Source of the DNA: a virus
IMG/VR virus record: IMGVR_UViG_3300045588_000033
Span: 27,511 to 91,510 of that record
Direction: 5' to 3' (one strand)
DNA length: 64,000 nucleotides
The position numbers were made by a program, and so were the translations under genes. Below, one piece after another: positions 31,801-41,065 of this stretch; the first letter of the stretch is position 1; the number at the start of each line of letters is the position of its first letter. The notes beneath the pieces are model-generated. The model did no database searches. It was not told the DNA's origin and was given only the letters and a program-made list of their open reading frames with translations.

Positions 31801-34800
31801 CTGCTATTAAAGCAAATGCTCCAGAATTATTAAGAATTATTGGATATAGAATTCCTAACGAAGATAAGTACTCAACATTTAATATTGAGATAGTAGGATT
31901 TACTCCACCAAATATGGGGGGATTAATGATGCTGCCTGTAGAGGTAACCACTTTAGCGGGGCTTGACTTTGATATTGACAAAATGTATATGATGGCTAGG
32001 TCATTCTATGTCAATAAGAGAGGTAATCCTGTTTATATTAAATACGTAGATAAAGTAGAATCTGAAGAAGATGCACAGACTTTAGCTAAAAATATATTCT
32101 CTAATTTTAAAGATTATAAAAGATTTGTTCTTAAGAATGTTGAAGCCAAGAACGTCGATAAGATGTTAGAAGGACGAACAGATTTATTAGACAAGTTAGC
32201 TCTTGACCCTGCTATAATGGCGGATAAAGAGGATATCAGCAAATCTATTAAAGAATTAAAAGAAGAGAAAAAAGCTGCTATCTTACTACACGGCCCAGAT
32301 AGTAGATTTGTAAAGTATATTCAAGATAGTTTAGATGATTTATACCTAGCTATTTCCGATGCTGTCCCTTTTAATGAAACACAAACTCCTTTAACAGCTA
32401 AACACGAAGAAGCAATTAACTTTATTGCTAAGAAATTATTAGACAAAGATTTTAATGCTGTAGAATTTAATTCATCATTAGCAAGAGATAATAAAAAATT
32501 AGAGATTATTCAAGGTATTTTTGAGAATAAGAACACTGCATTGTCTATACTTAACCCTGGAAACTTTGACTCTCTTAAAGAAAATGCTGCTAGAATTAGA
32601 TTGCTACAAGCAGGAAAAGAAGTAGAAGGATTAACTAGAGCACAACTTATTAAAGAAACAGAAGCACTAGATAACGAAGAAGATTTTAATATTAACTATC
32701 CTTCTACGCAACTAGAGCTATTCAGAAGAAATATGACGGGTAAGCAGTTGATTGGTATTTTTGCTAATCACAATACTCACCATGCTAAAGCGCAATATAC
32801 TGACTTGCAATTAAAAACTCCAATTGTTATAAACGGAGTTTCTTATTCTATGTTGAATCAAGTTAAGAATGAACAAGGATCTCGTATTTCAAAATCACTA
32901 GCAACTGACTTAGCAGCTGTAGTGGATACTGCAAAAGATCCAATTGCATCTTTCTTAAATATGAATACGTTTACTGCTAATACACAAGCACTGTTGCAGC
33001 GATTAGGAGTAAATGATAGAACAGTTTTTGCTCTATTGAACCAGCCTATTATTTTGGAATTAACTCAAAAGTATTTTAACGATAAAGGGTCGCTATCTGA
33101 GGAAAAGCACTTAATGGAAATTAAAGCAAAGTGGCTAAAAACTTTAACAGAAAAGCTAGAAGGAGCAGATATAGATTTAAAAGAATATAAAGATAATTTA
33201 GAATTAAATTTAGAAACTCTAGAAAATAATATCTATCCTAGTAAGACCTTAGAATATTATGCTGAACAATATAGAGCTATTAATGCTTTTGAAGTTTACT
33301 ATAAATATGCTACTGAATTAGGCACAGGTGTACAAGCTGCTAAAGTTGATACAACTGGAGTAGGCCCTACAAGTGCTACTAACTTCATCATAGTTAATAA
33401 GCAAAATAGATTACTAGAAAAAATAAAAGGAAATTCTAATACTATAATTGGATTAGACGAAGTATTTAAAACAGGTACTCGTCAAATAATGATTCCTGCA
33501 TTTAATAAATGGGGTATAGAAGGTCCTATTAATATTCTTAATAAAATATTTGCATCTATTGGTAATTTTAATGCTCAAGGAGAATTAAATTTCTCTTCTC
33601 TTGGAGAATTAAAAAATTGGTTCGACAAGCAAAAAGGTGATTTTTCTTCTTTAACTGAAAAAGAAGCAGGAATGATTGACATAAATTACATCAATTTCTT
33701 GGCAAGTAAATTTCCTTTCTTTGACTACAGCAAAAGTGCTAATATTCTAAATAATTTACCCGATGCTTTAGTCGCTTTTAAAAAGGAAATGCCTACTAAT
33801 TCTCCTTATAGTTCATTGCTGAATTCTTTGTATGTAGTAGCTCCCGACGGTAGTTCTAATATCAAAAGAATTGACTTTTACACTACAGGTAAAAATTCTC
33901 TAGATACTCAGAGAAGTAGAGAAGCTTGGGAAAGAATGTTAATAGATGAGAATCCTGCAGTAAAAGAATTGGCACTTAAATTAGTTCAATATACTTTCTT
34001 CTCTGCAGGTTACGGATTTGGACCATTTACTTTTGCTAATATAGTTCCAGTTAAGTTTTGGACAAATAAATATCAAATAGAAAATAATATTGTAGATTCT
34101 AAGGGAAGACCATTTAATCTTTTCTTATCGTCTGCTTTAGAGTCTGATTTCTTGAAAAATGATCCAGTAGTTGCGGATAGATTTAAGAAACAATTTATTC
34201 AAAATTACGCAGATAAAGAGCAGTTTACTAAAACTGTTAAAGTAGACAAGGTATTTACACCAGGTGCAGGAAAAACTAAAGAACAATTAGATTTCGATAC
34301 TACAATGGCTGCCAAAGAAGCTCCACAAGGAGTTATTATGACTGCTAAAGGTAATTTAATTGTTAATAGAGATAAGAATCCTCAATTGCTTCCTTTTGGT
34401 CTTAAAGCTGCTCCTGTAAAATATATTAAAGTTTATAATAAAAAAGGAGGATTTACTTTATACGAATATAAAGAAACTGCTTTTGACCAAAAAAACAATG
34501 ATATTTATGAAGGAAAAACTAAAATAGACACTGTAACATATTTCCCTATAAATACTTTAGGTACTTCAAACTTTGCTTTAGAATTTAATTATAATGATGA
34601 TATTTCAAAGTCAATACTTGAGGGTACTAAAAAAGTGGCAACTGCTAGTCCTATATCACAAATGGACGCAGAAATGGACAGAATAACTCAAGAATCACTA
34701 GCAGGCATAGAACAAGATGCCTTACAAGATATTAGATCTCTAAGTCCTACTACTGCTCCAACTACTAGCACTAGCCCTTTAGATCTTTTAGGACAAATGG

Positions 34801-35039
34801 CAGATAGAAATTTAGAACCTGAAAAAGAAACTCCTGCAGCTACTAAATCTCCATTAGATTTACTCGGGCAGATGGCAGATACAAGTAGAAACGCTGAGGG
34901 ATTGTTTGAAAAATTAGGAGGAGATTCTTATAAAGAATATACAGATGCAGGCGGTACTGAGATAAGTAAAAAAGATTTCTTATCTTTAAGCCAACAATCT
35001 CAGGATAATGCAATATTTCAAGCTAAAAATTGTAAATAA
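25836..35039 (+). CDS. Virion DNA-dependent RNA polymerase (phi14:2 gp66-like), with zincin-like HExxH domain
   Basis: 3067 aa; catalytic GLDFDIDKM (nt ~31965-31979), GYRIPNED, SAVKVG; HEAFH at nt ~27873-27887. Confidence 0.9.
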   Translation: MACQYWYNNAWRSEEEFKNILDSGLLDNLIKDKKVSIPGLKADAKKAREFAKAGIKKQPLRLRIINKIQARINNEREPITGAFVNNNPVKVLAQATAEKKQKNPKAAQIPFLIVIKVKGELKVGKETKNTEKLRNEILNSKISGTIVENLKEGIPYMMVPSAYGLYPIQMKSHAVKDTTAFTGLKTAVKALQTANPQDFFLTKKNIEKMLYQTTIDIEAGKYKVVRQDPTTKLAVTKLFSTAEETSAYLGNLLYRCDYTKINSVVGGTDYNTQLANIGAVSTDLFSEDGNFFNSSSFVIEAYQISPEDKATLELLIESKVGPNPASVSFSNAVAQQNTTAPAASINKADESPIFNTPIDQVNAAIAASTGEIIRDYTIAPNTNFPIARVIASVKDGVVTVQSIQLISKSKQVNQSDKITISPKKPTSKQQQAATKAFFESKDIIAIKEKATKTPAPTGVVDWLNLISKATSSKELDAIVDQIDKADAMTQALMEDIATTRLILPETSPTTKSPSAITAALQQMVDQELTDLAPEVEEEGMDTLEGMIARSKETVAEEPIAEESMDFGSLFDDEVDIEGKTLEEVPNAVKTRLRQTPKTDGTKWSKKEEITKLREMIGNRSKKNNGKVRIFKSLEALEEYLPAETYEMLLEARKHGKQLHGVFTEAALYLSENAAAGTTYHEAFHVIFNLALPLETRVKILNEALEKYPEELPLVKVVDASGKETFRMPTFIEIEELLADKFMDYVMSKEEDKFGDKDFEFTTLGKTFRGMYRMLEVFFHPSRKIDIDQLFEDINWGVYKYSVNFRNTVLPFQVKLKQTDPDHKYDNGEEERQAFVYMQSRMDDIFDVYRSISIENENKTEREIINTMGVDKFYTQLLSNIFADAKLNRNNSAGQYIMKLYSVLTNGGTAASTVEIEGKLFKQFNKPTDLLQRFNQSLVLRGLHMSYKGAVAAKDNLIGDSANPIETNEENTKSEAWMKGNIEMDPRDSMSQKLKSFFATIPKFVSNRKDARPLLNVFNVQEKEEGGKVFGYLLSRISDSYSVENMMEKLQAIKTEKPYIVHIIEKMEQDSTLKTELWLAIGQKHFATFSFAYDDNGEYKIIKSNRKNFGNIVRDEIIGGFLIQGNPLFEKDAKGRTNFEDINLEKVDALLEALTNIKLSASTINKAEGNTKKAAELLFKVLSNTITKVNINISPEDIYTVWNPETGKASWKNIENLINTLIDITTELSNNKNPFLGLKPDELIVDRKVKGDKNSIEKLGRILQPALEKEVVSAFRNIEGNTVYNLILSNFLNKQLDKFKNEESFQEYLEQISKDSLLSNLPFIKDLNDPDSGVMKALNVIILDGLARKGKKKSVTYEKMSDIEMMATELAMFQNSNSQSKAKYKLPIPSDAPTIPFLESSKFTKEELVDKLTATAKAEFSRITKLRSNTNKDLALIPNYLEKGVDFQILSFLNSKIDKTKVFNEKQVRALIEEFLNNKFIQDHIAYYKKKGIITAVNPTTGEIAFADGLISKSVKNKTEFFKDFLYNTYYMNTQLTTVFGGDPAFYKSTVDYQKRYKQIMSPGIYTDTANLPDTYNAIILNDEEAPTAKETVEVIVELIKNSDLNKEEKAELTALWKTAKHNLTDAATFISPLRKKQQLQGLKRWTPPHEDAYQREIKGLPSLPEDLNLFQPEKPFFFTQRIVNGTVVPTQIKNSEIVLTRELAYKKDTDGNFKFPKLVAIYNTLMNGIETEEGVTRIDTAIFESAVKVGALGNSTNAKGKVRFTSYELQEDGTYALPADTQVITLKSEEWRLQQETPEHYIDSEGNFGTQLRNLAIGDMDLTGTYNINGKSMTGEDVAKLYQELIAEDLKSSFEELKEVFENKDGSIDYERLAEMLRKEVISRDMGQEYLDALAPIKDAMGNTTTTLPLYHPLISYKMMAVMNSFFQNRVTKQKIAGGAVINASSYGVNEDLKFKVDKKLGKITLQAMMPWTSRKYFPLDANGEVDMAAIKANAPELLRIIGYRIPNEDKYSTFNIEIVGFTPPNMGGLMMLPVEVTTLAGLDFDIDKMYMMARSFYVNKRGNPVYIKYVDKVESEEDAQTLAKNIFSNFKDYKRFVLKNVEAKNVDKMLEGRTDLLDKLALDPAIMADKEDISKSIKELKEEKKAAILLHGPDSRFVKYIQDSLDDLYLAISDAVPFNETQTPLTAKHEEAINFIAKKLLDKDFNAVEFNSSLARDNKKLEIIQGIFENKNTALSILNPGNFDSLKENAARIRLLQAGKEVEGLTRAQLIKETEALDNEEDFNINYPSTQLELFRRNMTGKQLIGIFANHNTHHAKAQYTDLQLKTPIVINGVSYSMLNQVKNEQGSRISKSLATDLAAVVDTAKDPIASFLNMNTFTANTQALLQRLGVNDRTVFALLNQPIILELTQKYFNDKGSLSEEKHLMEIKAKWLKTLTEKLEGADIDLKEYKDNLELNLETLENNIYPSKTLEYYAEQYRAINAFEVYYKYATELGTGVQAAKVDTTGVGPTSATNFIIVNKQNRLLEKIKGNSNTIIGLDEVFKTGTRQIMIPAFNKWGIEGPINILNKIFASIGNFNAQGELNFSSLGELKNWFDKQKGDFSSLTEKEAGMIDINYINFLASKFPFFDYSKSANILNNLPDALVAFKKEMPTNSPYSSLLNSLYVVAPDGSSNIKRIDFYTTGKNSLDTQRSREAWERMLIDENPAVKELALKLVQYTFFSAGYGFGPFTFANIVPVKFWTNKYQIENNIVDSKGRPFNLFLSSALESDFLKNDPVVADRFKKQFIQNYADKEQFTKTVKVDKVFTPGAGKTKEQLDFDTTMAAKEAPQGVIMTAKGNLIVNRDKNPQLLPFGLKAAPVKYIKVYNKKGGFTLYEYKETAFDQKNNDIYEGKTKIDTVTYFPINTLGTSNFALEFNYNDDISKSILEGTKKVATASPISQMDAEMDRITQESLAGIEQDALQDIRSLSPTTAPTTSTSPLDLLGQMADRNLEPEKETPAATKSPLDLLGQMADTSRNAEGLFEKLGGDSYKEYTDAGGTEISKKDFLSLSQQSQDNAIFQAKNCK

Positions 35040-35048
35040 ATTTATTTT

Positions 35049-38000
35049 ATGTCACATTGTATAAATACTTCACATCCAGAATATTTAGAGTTATTACTTC
35101 AAACTGAATTAAGTCCAGGTGTTTTAAAAGCTAAAATAGCTACTTGGATGGATAATAATACTGCGGATAGATTTCCTACAGTCTCTGATATATTAGATGC
35201 TACAGATGATGTTTTATACAATATAGAAAAAGAAACGCATGCTTCCGCAAAAGCTAAAATACTTAAAAAAGTAAATGCTAATAAAGAAGGTTATGTTTCT
35301 CCCTTTAAATATCCAGAACTACTTACATTAGTAGGAATGTATAATAGGAGTCAGCCTAAAAAATCTTTAGAATTACTTAAAGCAGCTTCAGGAAATTATT
35401 ATATTAATGTTATAGGCACTGCATTACAACTAACTTCTAAAACTAACGAACAACCTATAAAGGAATTAGAAACTAAATTAAGAAGTTGGGCAAGAACCCA
35501 TGGTATCGCTATTGAAGCGATGGAAGATTTAATGAGAAGATTTGATGGTCGCTATAAAGACGGAGCATTAGGATTAGCAGATTTTACTAAACAATTAATA
35601 GGATTAGCAGACGGTGCTAAAATGGATACTCTGCCTGAAGAAATTGCTCACTTTGCAGTTAGAATCTTAAAAGATAGAGGAGATATAGCGGTACTAAGAG
35701 CATTGGAAGTAGTTAATTTAACTACTGAATATGCAGAAGTATTAGAAGAATACGAAGGTGTTTATACTACCGAAGAGCAATTTAGGGAAGAAGCATTGGG
35801 TAAAATACTAGCCAAAGAAATAGTAGGTCAATATACTAAGCCAGAGGTTGCAAGACCAGAAACCAAAGGATTCCTTGCATATTTAAATGCTATAAAGGAA
35901 AGATTTTTAAAGTGGGTAAAAACTAATTTCAGCAAAGGCACACCTGCTAGAACAGATTTAGAGAATTTTATACAACCATTAGCGCAATCTATATTGCAAA
36001 ATGAGCGATTGGGAGAAATACAAGTGCAAAGAGAATTAGATGTGCTATATCAATTGCCTAAAGAGGAAGAAGAAGAAATTCCCGAAGCAGAACAGCCTGT
36101 AGATTTAGCAATGGAAAGAAAACAAAAATTCTTACAAGAAGCTAAATTACAGATGATAAATCGTATGACGCAATTAGAGCGTGGTGCTAAAAGTCAGTTA
36201 GCTATAGACAGATTAAAATCAGAAATAACAATATTAGAATATCAAATAAGCACTGGACAATTAGATGCAGCTATAAGTAGTTTTGTTATATTGGCTCAAA
36301 AAGAATTAGGTCAAATTTATAATGTATTAGAAAAAGGAATAGATAGCAGCACTATGAATCCTGGAGTAATTGTAATGTCCAAAGGATTTATAGATATGTA
36401 TTCTAATTTATTTAATACTTTCCTAGCAGATATCTACGATTGGAGAGTTCCTAAAGAAGTTCGACAAGACTTAATAAATACTATCCAAACTACAGGTTCT
36501 CTTATCTCAGCTATGAATCCGATGATTTATACATTATCTAGACGAGAAGGAATTAAAGCTGTAATAGAGGGCAATACTGATCATAATGGTGATAAAATAG
36601 ACCCAGATTTTGATGAAGCAGCTGCTTTTGATGATACTCATGAGGACATGAGTGCCTACAGACTACAAGTAGGTATTTATAAAAATGCTAGTTCTTTTCT
36701 TATTAAAGCTGCAACTAAAATAATATTCGATTCTATAAGTAGAGTAAAAAGATTTGCAACACAAACAGGCAATGAACTATTAACTGCTCAAACAGCTATG
36801 TTAGCTTCTGGAGCAAAAATAATGGACCTAGTAGAAAAAGATGAAAAAGGTAATCCTACTCATTATTTTATACGAGAATACCATTGGGATCGATATTATA
36901 AAAATATAAATGCTACTAAAGACGAAATTGTTGCAGCATTAGGAGTAGATAACTACGGCCAAATAGTAAAAGATTACCTTAATCCCGCAGATAAAAAAGT
37001 TTTTAACGATATTTGGAAAGAATTTTTTGCTAATAATACTAAATTAGTAAAAATGACTGAAGAAATAGATGGAAAATTAGTAACCATAGAAACTAGTGTT
37101 CCAAATGATTCTTACAAAAATTCAAGTTTTGCCGAAGTAATGGCGAATCCTGCTACTAAAAATTACTATGACTTACTAATTGCTAAGAAGAAAGAAGCCA
37201 TAATGAAGCTTCCTATTCAATATAGAAAAGAGCGTGCTGTTTACATGGTGCCTCCTGTTATTAAAAGCACACTAGATAGATTAACTAATTCTAATGAGAG
37301 TATCTTAAATAGAGTAGGCAAACTTACAAGAGATTCTTTATTCTTAGACCCAGATGATACACAGTTTGGTCAGATATCAGAATTAAATAATAAGATGGTT
37401 CCTATTTTCTTTACAGGAGCCTTAAAAGACACTAATGACCTAGCATTTGATGTTGCTCGTACAGTTACGTTATTTGCAGAAATGGCTGAGAATTTCCAAG
37501 AAATGAATAAGATTTCGGGAGATTTAGGCGTTATTCAATTATCTATGGCGGAACGTAATTACTTTAAAGGTAAGATACGTAAAACAGGTAAAGAAGGCAC
37601 TAACGAATATAAAGCATTGGAAATTCTTTTAGATACTCACGTATTTGGCGTAGAGAGACAAGCTTTGCTTTCTAAGCCCGTTCCTTCTAATATTGTAACA
37701 GAAAAATTAGGTATTGCAGGTAAGCAATTTTCAGGTACTAAATTTTCTCAAGTATTTAGTAATTTTATTAAAGATAATAACCTTGCTTTCGGGTTTACTA
37801 CTGCAATCTCCGCATTTTTAAAAGGATCTGGGGATTCTATTATAGAAGACCAAGTAGGTATTTATACTACTAATGAAAGTAAAATGTGGGCTCGAGGCGA
37901 GTTTATGAAAAACATTGCACATGTAAGTACTGAGATAGGCAAAGCTAAACAAACTAATAAAATGCATCTTATACTACAACAAACACAAGTTGTAAATTTA

Positions 38001-39242
38001 GATAAGATGCTGCGAGATACATCTAAAAATAGAGTTGTAAGACAATTAGCAACTAAGGATATGTTGTATATTCCTTTTGCTACAGGTGACTACGGCTTAA
38101 AAGGCAGAGTTGCTTTAGCTATTTATGATAATTATAGATTACACAATGGCCAGTTTATGACTAGAGCTAAGTTCTATGAAAAAACTGCTAAAAATGCAGG
38201 AGTAGCTAATGATAGTGCTCACCAAAAAAATGTAGGTAAAGATTGGGAAGCTCTAAGAGAAAAAAGTTTATACAATGCTTATGAAGTTATTGATGGTAAT
38301 TTGCAAATTAGATCCGAATTCCAGCAATTTGTAACTCCTGGATTATTAGCTTCAGTTGACGGTAAAGTAGATCACGTAACTCATAAAATAGATGGTACTT
38401 TAAGTGCTACAGATAAAGGAGCACTTGCAAGAACTATCTTAGGCGATTATCTATTAATGCACAGAGGATGGTTTATAGGAATGGTAGATGCTAAATTTAA
38501 AGTTGAAGGTAAAAGCCTTATAACAGAAGAAGATGAAATAGGTGACTATAGAGCTTCTTTAGATTTTATGTGGAACGGAATTGGCAAAGCTATTGTTAAA
38601 GATAGAGCAGGTTTACAAGGAGCTTACGCTAGTTGGAAAACTTTAAGTCCTGCAAAAAAACGAGGAGTTAAAAAAACTATTTTAGATTTATTCTACTTAA
38701 ACATCGTATCCGTACTTGCAGCAATGGCAAATATAGCAGCTGATGCAGATGATGACGATAAAGATTGGACAACTCAATATACCGCTTATCAGTTAAACAG
38801 GCTACTACTTGAACAAGGTGCTGCTTGGTCTCCTGCAGAACTTGCAAATATGATCGATGAGCCAGTTGTAGGAGCAAGAATGATTAAAGATTTATTAGAT
38901 ATTTCTGAGTCATTTAATTTTACAGAAACTTACGAAGGCGGTATGTATAAAGATGAGTCACATGCTAGTAAATGGTGGTTCCGTAAATTGCCTATTAAGA
39001 ATCTTTACGAGATGCAATTTCCAGAAATGAAGAATCAATTTATTAAGCAGATGGTAGATTCTAAAGTATATCAAATGATGACTCCTGAACAACAAATTAA
39101 TGTTGGATTATTAGGAACTTTTAAAAATATGTTTATACCTACAGGTATTTTAAGAGATGAAAATGCTAGCCAATTTGACCCAGTTCCAGACTTAATAGAA
39201 GAATTGGAAGAAGATCAAGAGGTAGATAACGGATTCAATTAA
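35049..39242 (+). CDS. Large cargo protein downstream of the RNAP
   Basis: 1397 aa; degenerate zincin PEEIAHF...REEALGK; crAss synteny. Confidence 0.65.
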   Translation: MSHCINTSHPEYLELLLQTELSPGVLKAKIATWMDNNTADRFPTVSDILDATDDVLYNIEKETHASAKAKILKKVNANKEGYVSPFKYPELLTLVGMYNRSQPKKSLELLKAASGNYYINVIGTALQLTSKTNEQPIKELETKLRSWARTHGIAIEAMEDLMRRFDGRYKDGALGLADFTKQLIGLADGAKMDTLPEEIAHFAVRILKDRGDIAVLRALEVVNLTTEYAEVLEEYEGVYTTEEQFREEALGKILAKEIVGQYTKPEVARPETKGFLAYLNAIKERFLKWVKTNFSKGTPARTDLENFIQPLAQSILQNERLGEIQVQRELDVLYQLPKEEEEEIPEAEQPVDLAMERKQKFLQEAKLQMINRMTQLERGAKSQLAIDRLKSEITILEYQISTGQLDAAISSFVILAQKELGQIYNVLEKGIDSSTMNPGVIVMSKGFIDMYSNLFNTFLADIYDWRVPKEVRQDLINTIQTTGSLISAMNPMIYTLSRREGIKAVIEGNTDHNGDKIDPDFDEAAAFDDTHEDMSAYRLQVGIYKNASSFLIKAATKIIFDSISRVKRFATQTGNELLTAQTAMLASGAKIMDLVEKDEKGNPTHYFIREYHWDRYYKNINATKDEIVAALGVDNYGQIVKDYLNPADKKVFNDIWKEFFANNTKLVKMTEEIDGKLVTIETSVPNDSYKNSSFAEVMANPATKNYYDLLIAKKKEAIMKLPIQYRKERAVYMVPPVIKSTLDRLTNSNESILNRVGKLTRDSLFLDPDDTQFGQISELNNKMVPIFFTGALKDTNDLAFDVARTVTLFAEMAENFQEMNKISGDLGVIQLSMAERNYFKGKIRKTGKEGTNEYKALEILLDTHVFGVERQALLSKPVPSNIVTEKLGIAGKQFSGTKFSQVFSNFIKDNNLAFGFTTAISAFLKGSGDSIIEDQVGIYTTNESKMWARGEFMKNIAHVSTEIGKAKQTNKMHLILQQTQVVNLDKMLRDTSKNRVVRQLATKDMLYIPFATGDYGLKGRVALAIYDNYRLHNGQFMTRAKFYEKTAKNAGVANDSAHQKNVGKDWEALREKSLYNAYEVIDGNLQIRSEFQQFVTPGLLASVDGKVDHVTHKIDGTLSATDKGALARTILGDYLLMHRGWFIGMVDAKFKVEGKSLITEEDEIGDYRASLDFMWNGIGKAIVKDRAGLQGAYASWKTLSPAKKRGVKKTILDLFYLNIVSVLAAMANIAADADDDDKDWTTQYTAYQLNRLLLEQGAAWSPAELANMIDEPVVGARMIKDLLDISESFNFTETYEGGMYKDESHASKWWFRKLPIKNLYEMQFPEMKNQFIKQMVDSKVYQMMTPEQQINVGLLGTFKNMFIPTGILRDENASQFDPVPDLIEELEEDQEVDNGFN

Positions 39243-39272
39243 CGAAACGTCAAATTTTTTTTAAAGCCCGTA

Positions 39273-39302
39273 AAGAGCAATGAGTATTAACTCACTGCTC
39301 TT
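39273..39302. terminator. Hairpin at the convergence of the late and early arms
   Basis: AAGAGCA-A-TGAGT atta ACTCA-C-TGCTCTT inverted repeat between converging genes; only a short U-tract. Confidence 0.45.
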
Positions 39303-39642
39303 CGTGCTCTACTAATTTATACTTAGAAAAATCCATACCCTCTTGAAGTAAATTATCTATCACGGATAACCCTATTCTATCAGATTTAGCTATTAATTCA
39401 GCTATTCTAGAAATAGATTTAGTCATTGTCATAGTTTGTATTTCATCTGCGGCCCAAATTCTATCTCTATTCTTGGCATTGCTAAGATTTAATACATTTA
39501 CTGCTTCTCTGACTTTTTGAGTAATTTTCTTGTCTTGCTCATAAATAGTACCTTTTAGCTCCAATTGGCAATCTAGTACTACTTGAAATGCTGAAAGTAT
39601 TATTACATAAGTTTTGACTTCGTCAGCCATTCCTTCCATCAT
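39292..39642 (-). CDS. Hypothetical protein
   Basis: 116-aa ORF at the end of the minus-strand arm. Confidence 0.6.
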   Translation of the reverse strand: MMEGMADEVKTYVIILSAFQVVLDCQLELKGTIYEQDKKITQKVREAVNVLNLSNAKNRDRIWAADEIQTMTMTKSISRIAELIAKSDRIGLSVIDNLLQEGMDFSKYKLVEHEEQ

Positions 39643-39656
39643 GTTTTTAATTTAAT

Positions 39657-39992
39657 CTAGTTTATTATTAACTCTTCAATATCGATACTTTCTAATATTG
39701 TTTCTTTATCTTCTTCCGTTTCTTCTAACTTATCGTATGATGTTAGTTCTCGAAAACGAGTAGTAGCAAACATAGGCTCGGACCAGTCATCAATAAGATG
39801 TATGTAAATAGCTCCGTTAACTACTTCTTGTAATAAAATTCCTGTAACAATATCTTTATTATTAAAAATTCCTCTAATTGTATAAACATTATTAACTTTT
39901 ACCCAATTCTTGTAAGCTTTAGCAACAAAACCTTCTTGCCCGCTTTTAATAGAATCATCTATACATATTACTTTTGTACCTACTTTAAACAT
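39657..39992 (-). CDS. Hypothetical protein (SH3-like N-terminus MFKVGTKVICIDD)
   Basis: 111-aa ORF. Confidence 0.6.
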   Translation of the reverse strand: MFKVGTKVICIDDSIKSGQEGFVAKAYKNWVKVNNVYTIRGIFNNKDIVTGILLQEVVNGAIYIHLIDDWSEPMFATTRFRELTSYDKLEETEEDKETILESIDIEELIIN

Positions 39993-40371
39993 TTTTGATT
40001 AGTTTTTTATTCTTTTTTTCTTTTCTCCCGTATTCTAAATAAAATTGTTGTTCTTCTGCCCCTAAATCTTCCCATTTATAATTAGGAATTCCTGCTATTA
40101 ATTCTTCTTCTGAGTAATATTCTACGTCTTTATTGCCTAATCGATGTATCTTATAAGATACACTCTTAAAAGTACCCCTAGTGCTATAATACAATCGTTG
40201 AATGTCTAATATTACTCTGCGGGAAGTTTTATATTGCAAGGATAATTGCATAATAGTAGTGCCATTGATGAGATCATTAACTATTTTAAACAATTGGTCT
40301 ATTGTAAATTCTAATTTAACTTTGCCCGCATAGTGCCTAGCATAGCTACCATTGAATTTGATTTTCTCCAT
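39985..40371 (-). CDS. Hypothetical protein, possible HTH
   Basis: 128-aa ORF overlapping both neighbours. Confidence 0.5.
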   Translation of the reverse strand: MEKIKFNGSYARHYAGKVKLEFTIDQLFKIVNDLINGTTIMQLSLQYKTSRRVILDIQRLYYSTRGTFKSVSYKIHRLGNKDVEYYSEEELIAGIPNYKWEDLGAEEQQFYLEYGRKEKKNKKLIKNV

Positions 40372-41029
40372 ATAAGCTTATCATTAATTTATCTGCTTGT
40401 TTAAAATTAGGGCATTTCCAATCTCTCCTTTCTATAGAAGCAACGTGTGGGCATTCCCAACTAAAGACATGTTGATTGTTTAATTTATCTGCATGCTCTT
40501 GTGCCTCTTCTCCCCATAAAAAGAAAATAGTTCCTGGTTTATATTCCACTATAGATGCTATTACAGCATCGTGAAACTTTTTCCAAGGCGCTAAATGGGA
40601 CCCTGATTCACCACTCCGCACTGTCAAGGCCTTGCTTAAAAATAGCACACCTTGCTTATTCCATGAGGACAAAGAAAGATCAAAATCTAGATTTAACCCA
40701 TTGTAATATTCTCGTTCTACACATCTTGCTATATTATACAGAGAACCATTGTGGATACTATCTATATAACTATCCGAATGTAACTCAGGGAAAATACCTA
40801 CATTAAAACCAGGCTCCTTTCCTATGATTACTACTTTTACATCATCCCAAGGACACTCCTTAAAAGTATTAAAAATAGTAGTAAGGTTGGAAGGGTATAT
40901 TGTTTTTAGGGCATATTCAATGTTGATATAATTTATTAACTTTTCCATATAAGGAGTATTTAGTACACTTTTAAGATTCAGTGCCCATTTTTCTCCCAAT
41001 TGTTCTATCCAATATTGTTTGCCTAACAT
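40346..41029 (-). CDS. ung: Uracil-DNA glycosylase-like protein (degenerate active site)
   Basis: DVKVVIIG, WNKQGVLFL..ALTV..SGSH..W and FFLWG are family-1 UNG fold motifs; GQDPY reads GKEPG. Confidence 0.75.
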   Translation of the reverse strand: MLGKQYWIEQLGEKWALNLKSVLNTPYMEKLINYINIEYALKTIYPSNLTTIFNTFKECPWDDVKVVIIGKEPGFNVGIFPELHSDSYIDSIHNGSLYNIARCVEREYYNGLNLDFDLSLSSWNKQGVLFLSKALTVRSGESGSHLAPWKKFHDAVIASIVEYKPGTIFFLWGEEAQEHADKLNNQHVFSWECPHVASIERRDWKCPNFKQADKLMISLYGENQIQW

Positions 41030-41065
41030 GTTAATTGTTTTAGTGATTAATCAAGAGGGGAACTC

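Noticed and set aside
1196-38877. Numerous short minus-strand ORFs in the structural arm, and plus-strand ORFs in the early arm
   Set aside because: They are antisense shadows fully inside long genes and show no recognisable motifs
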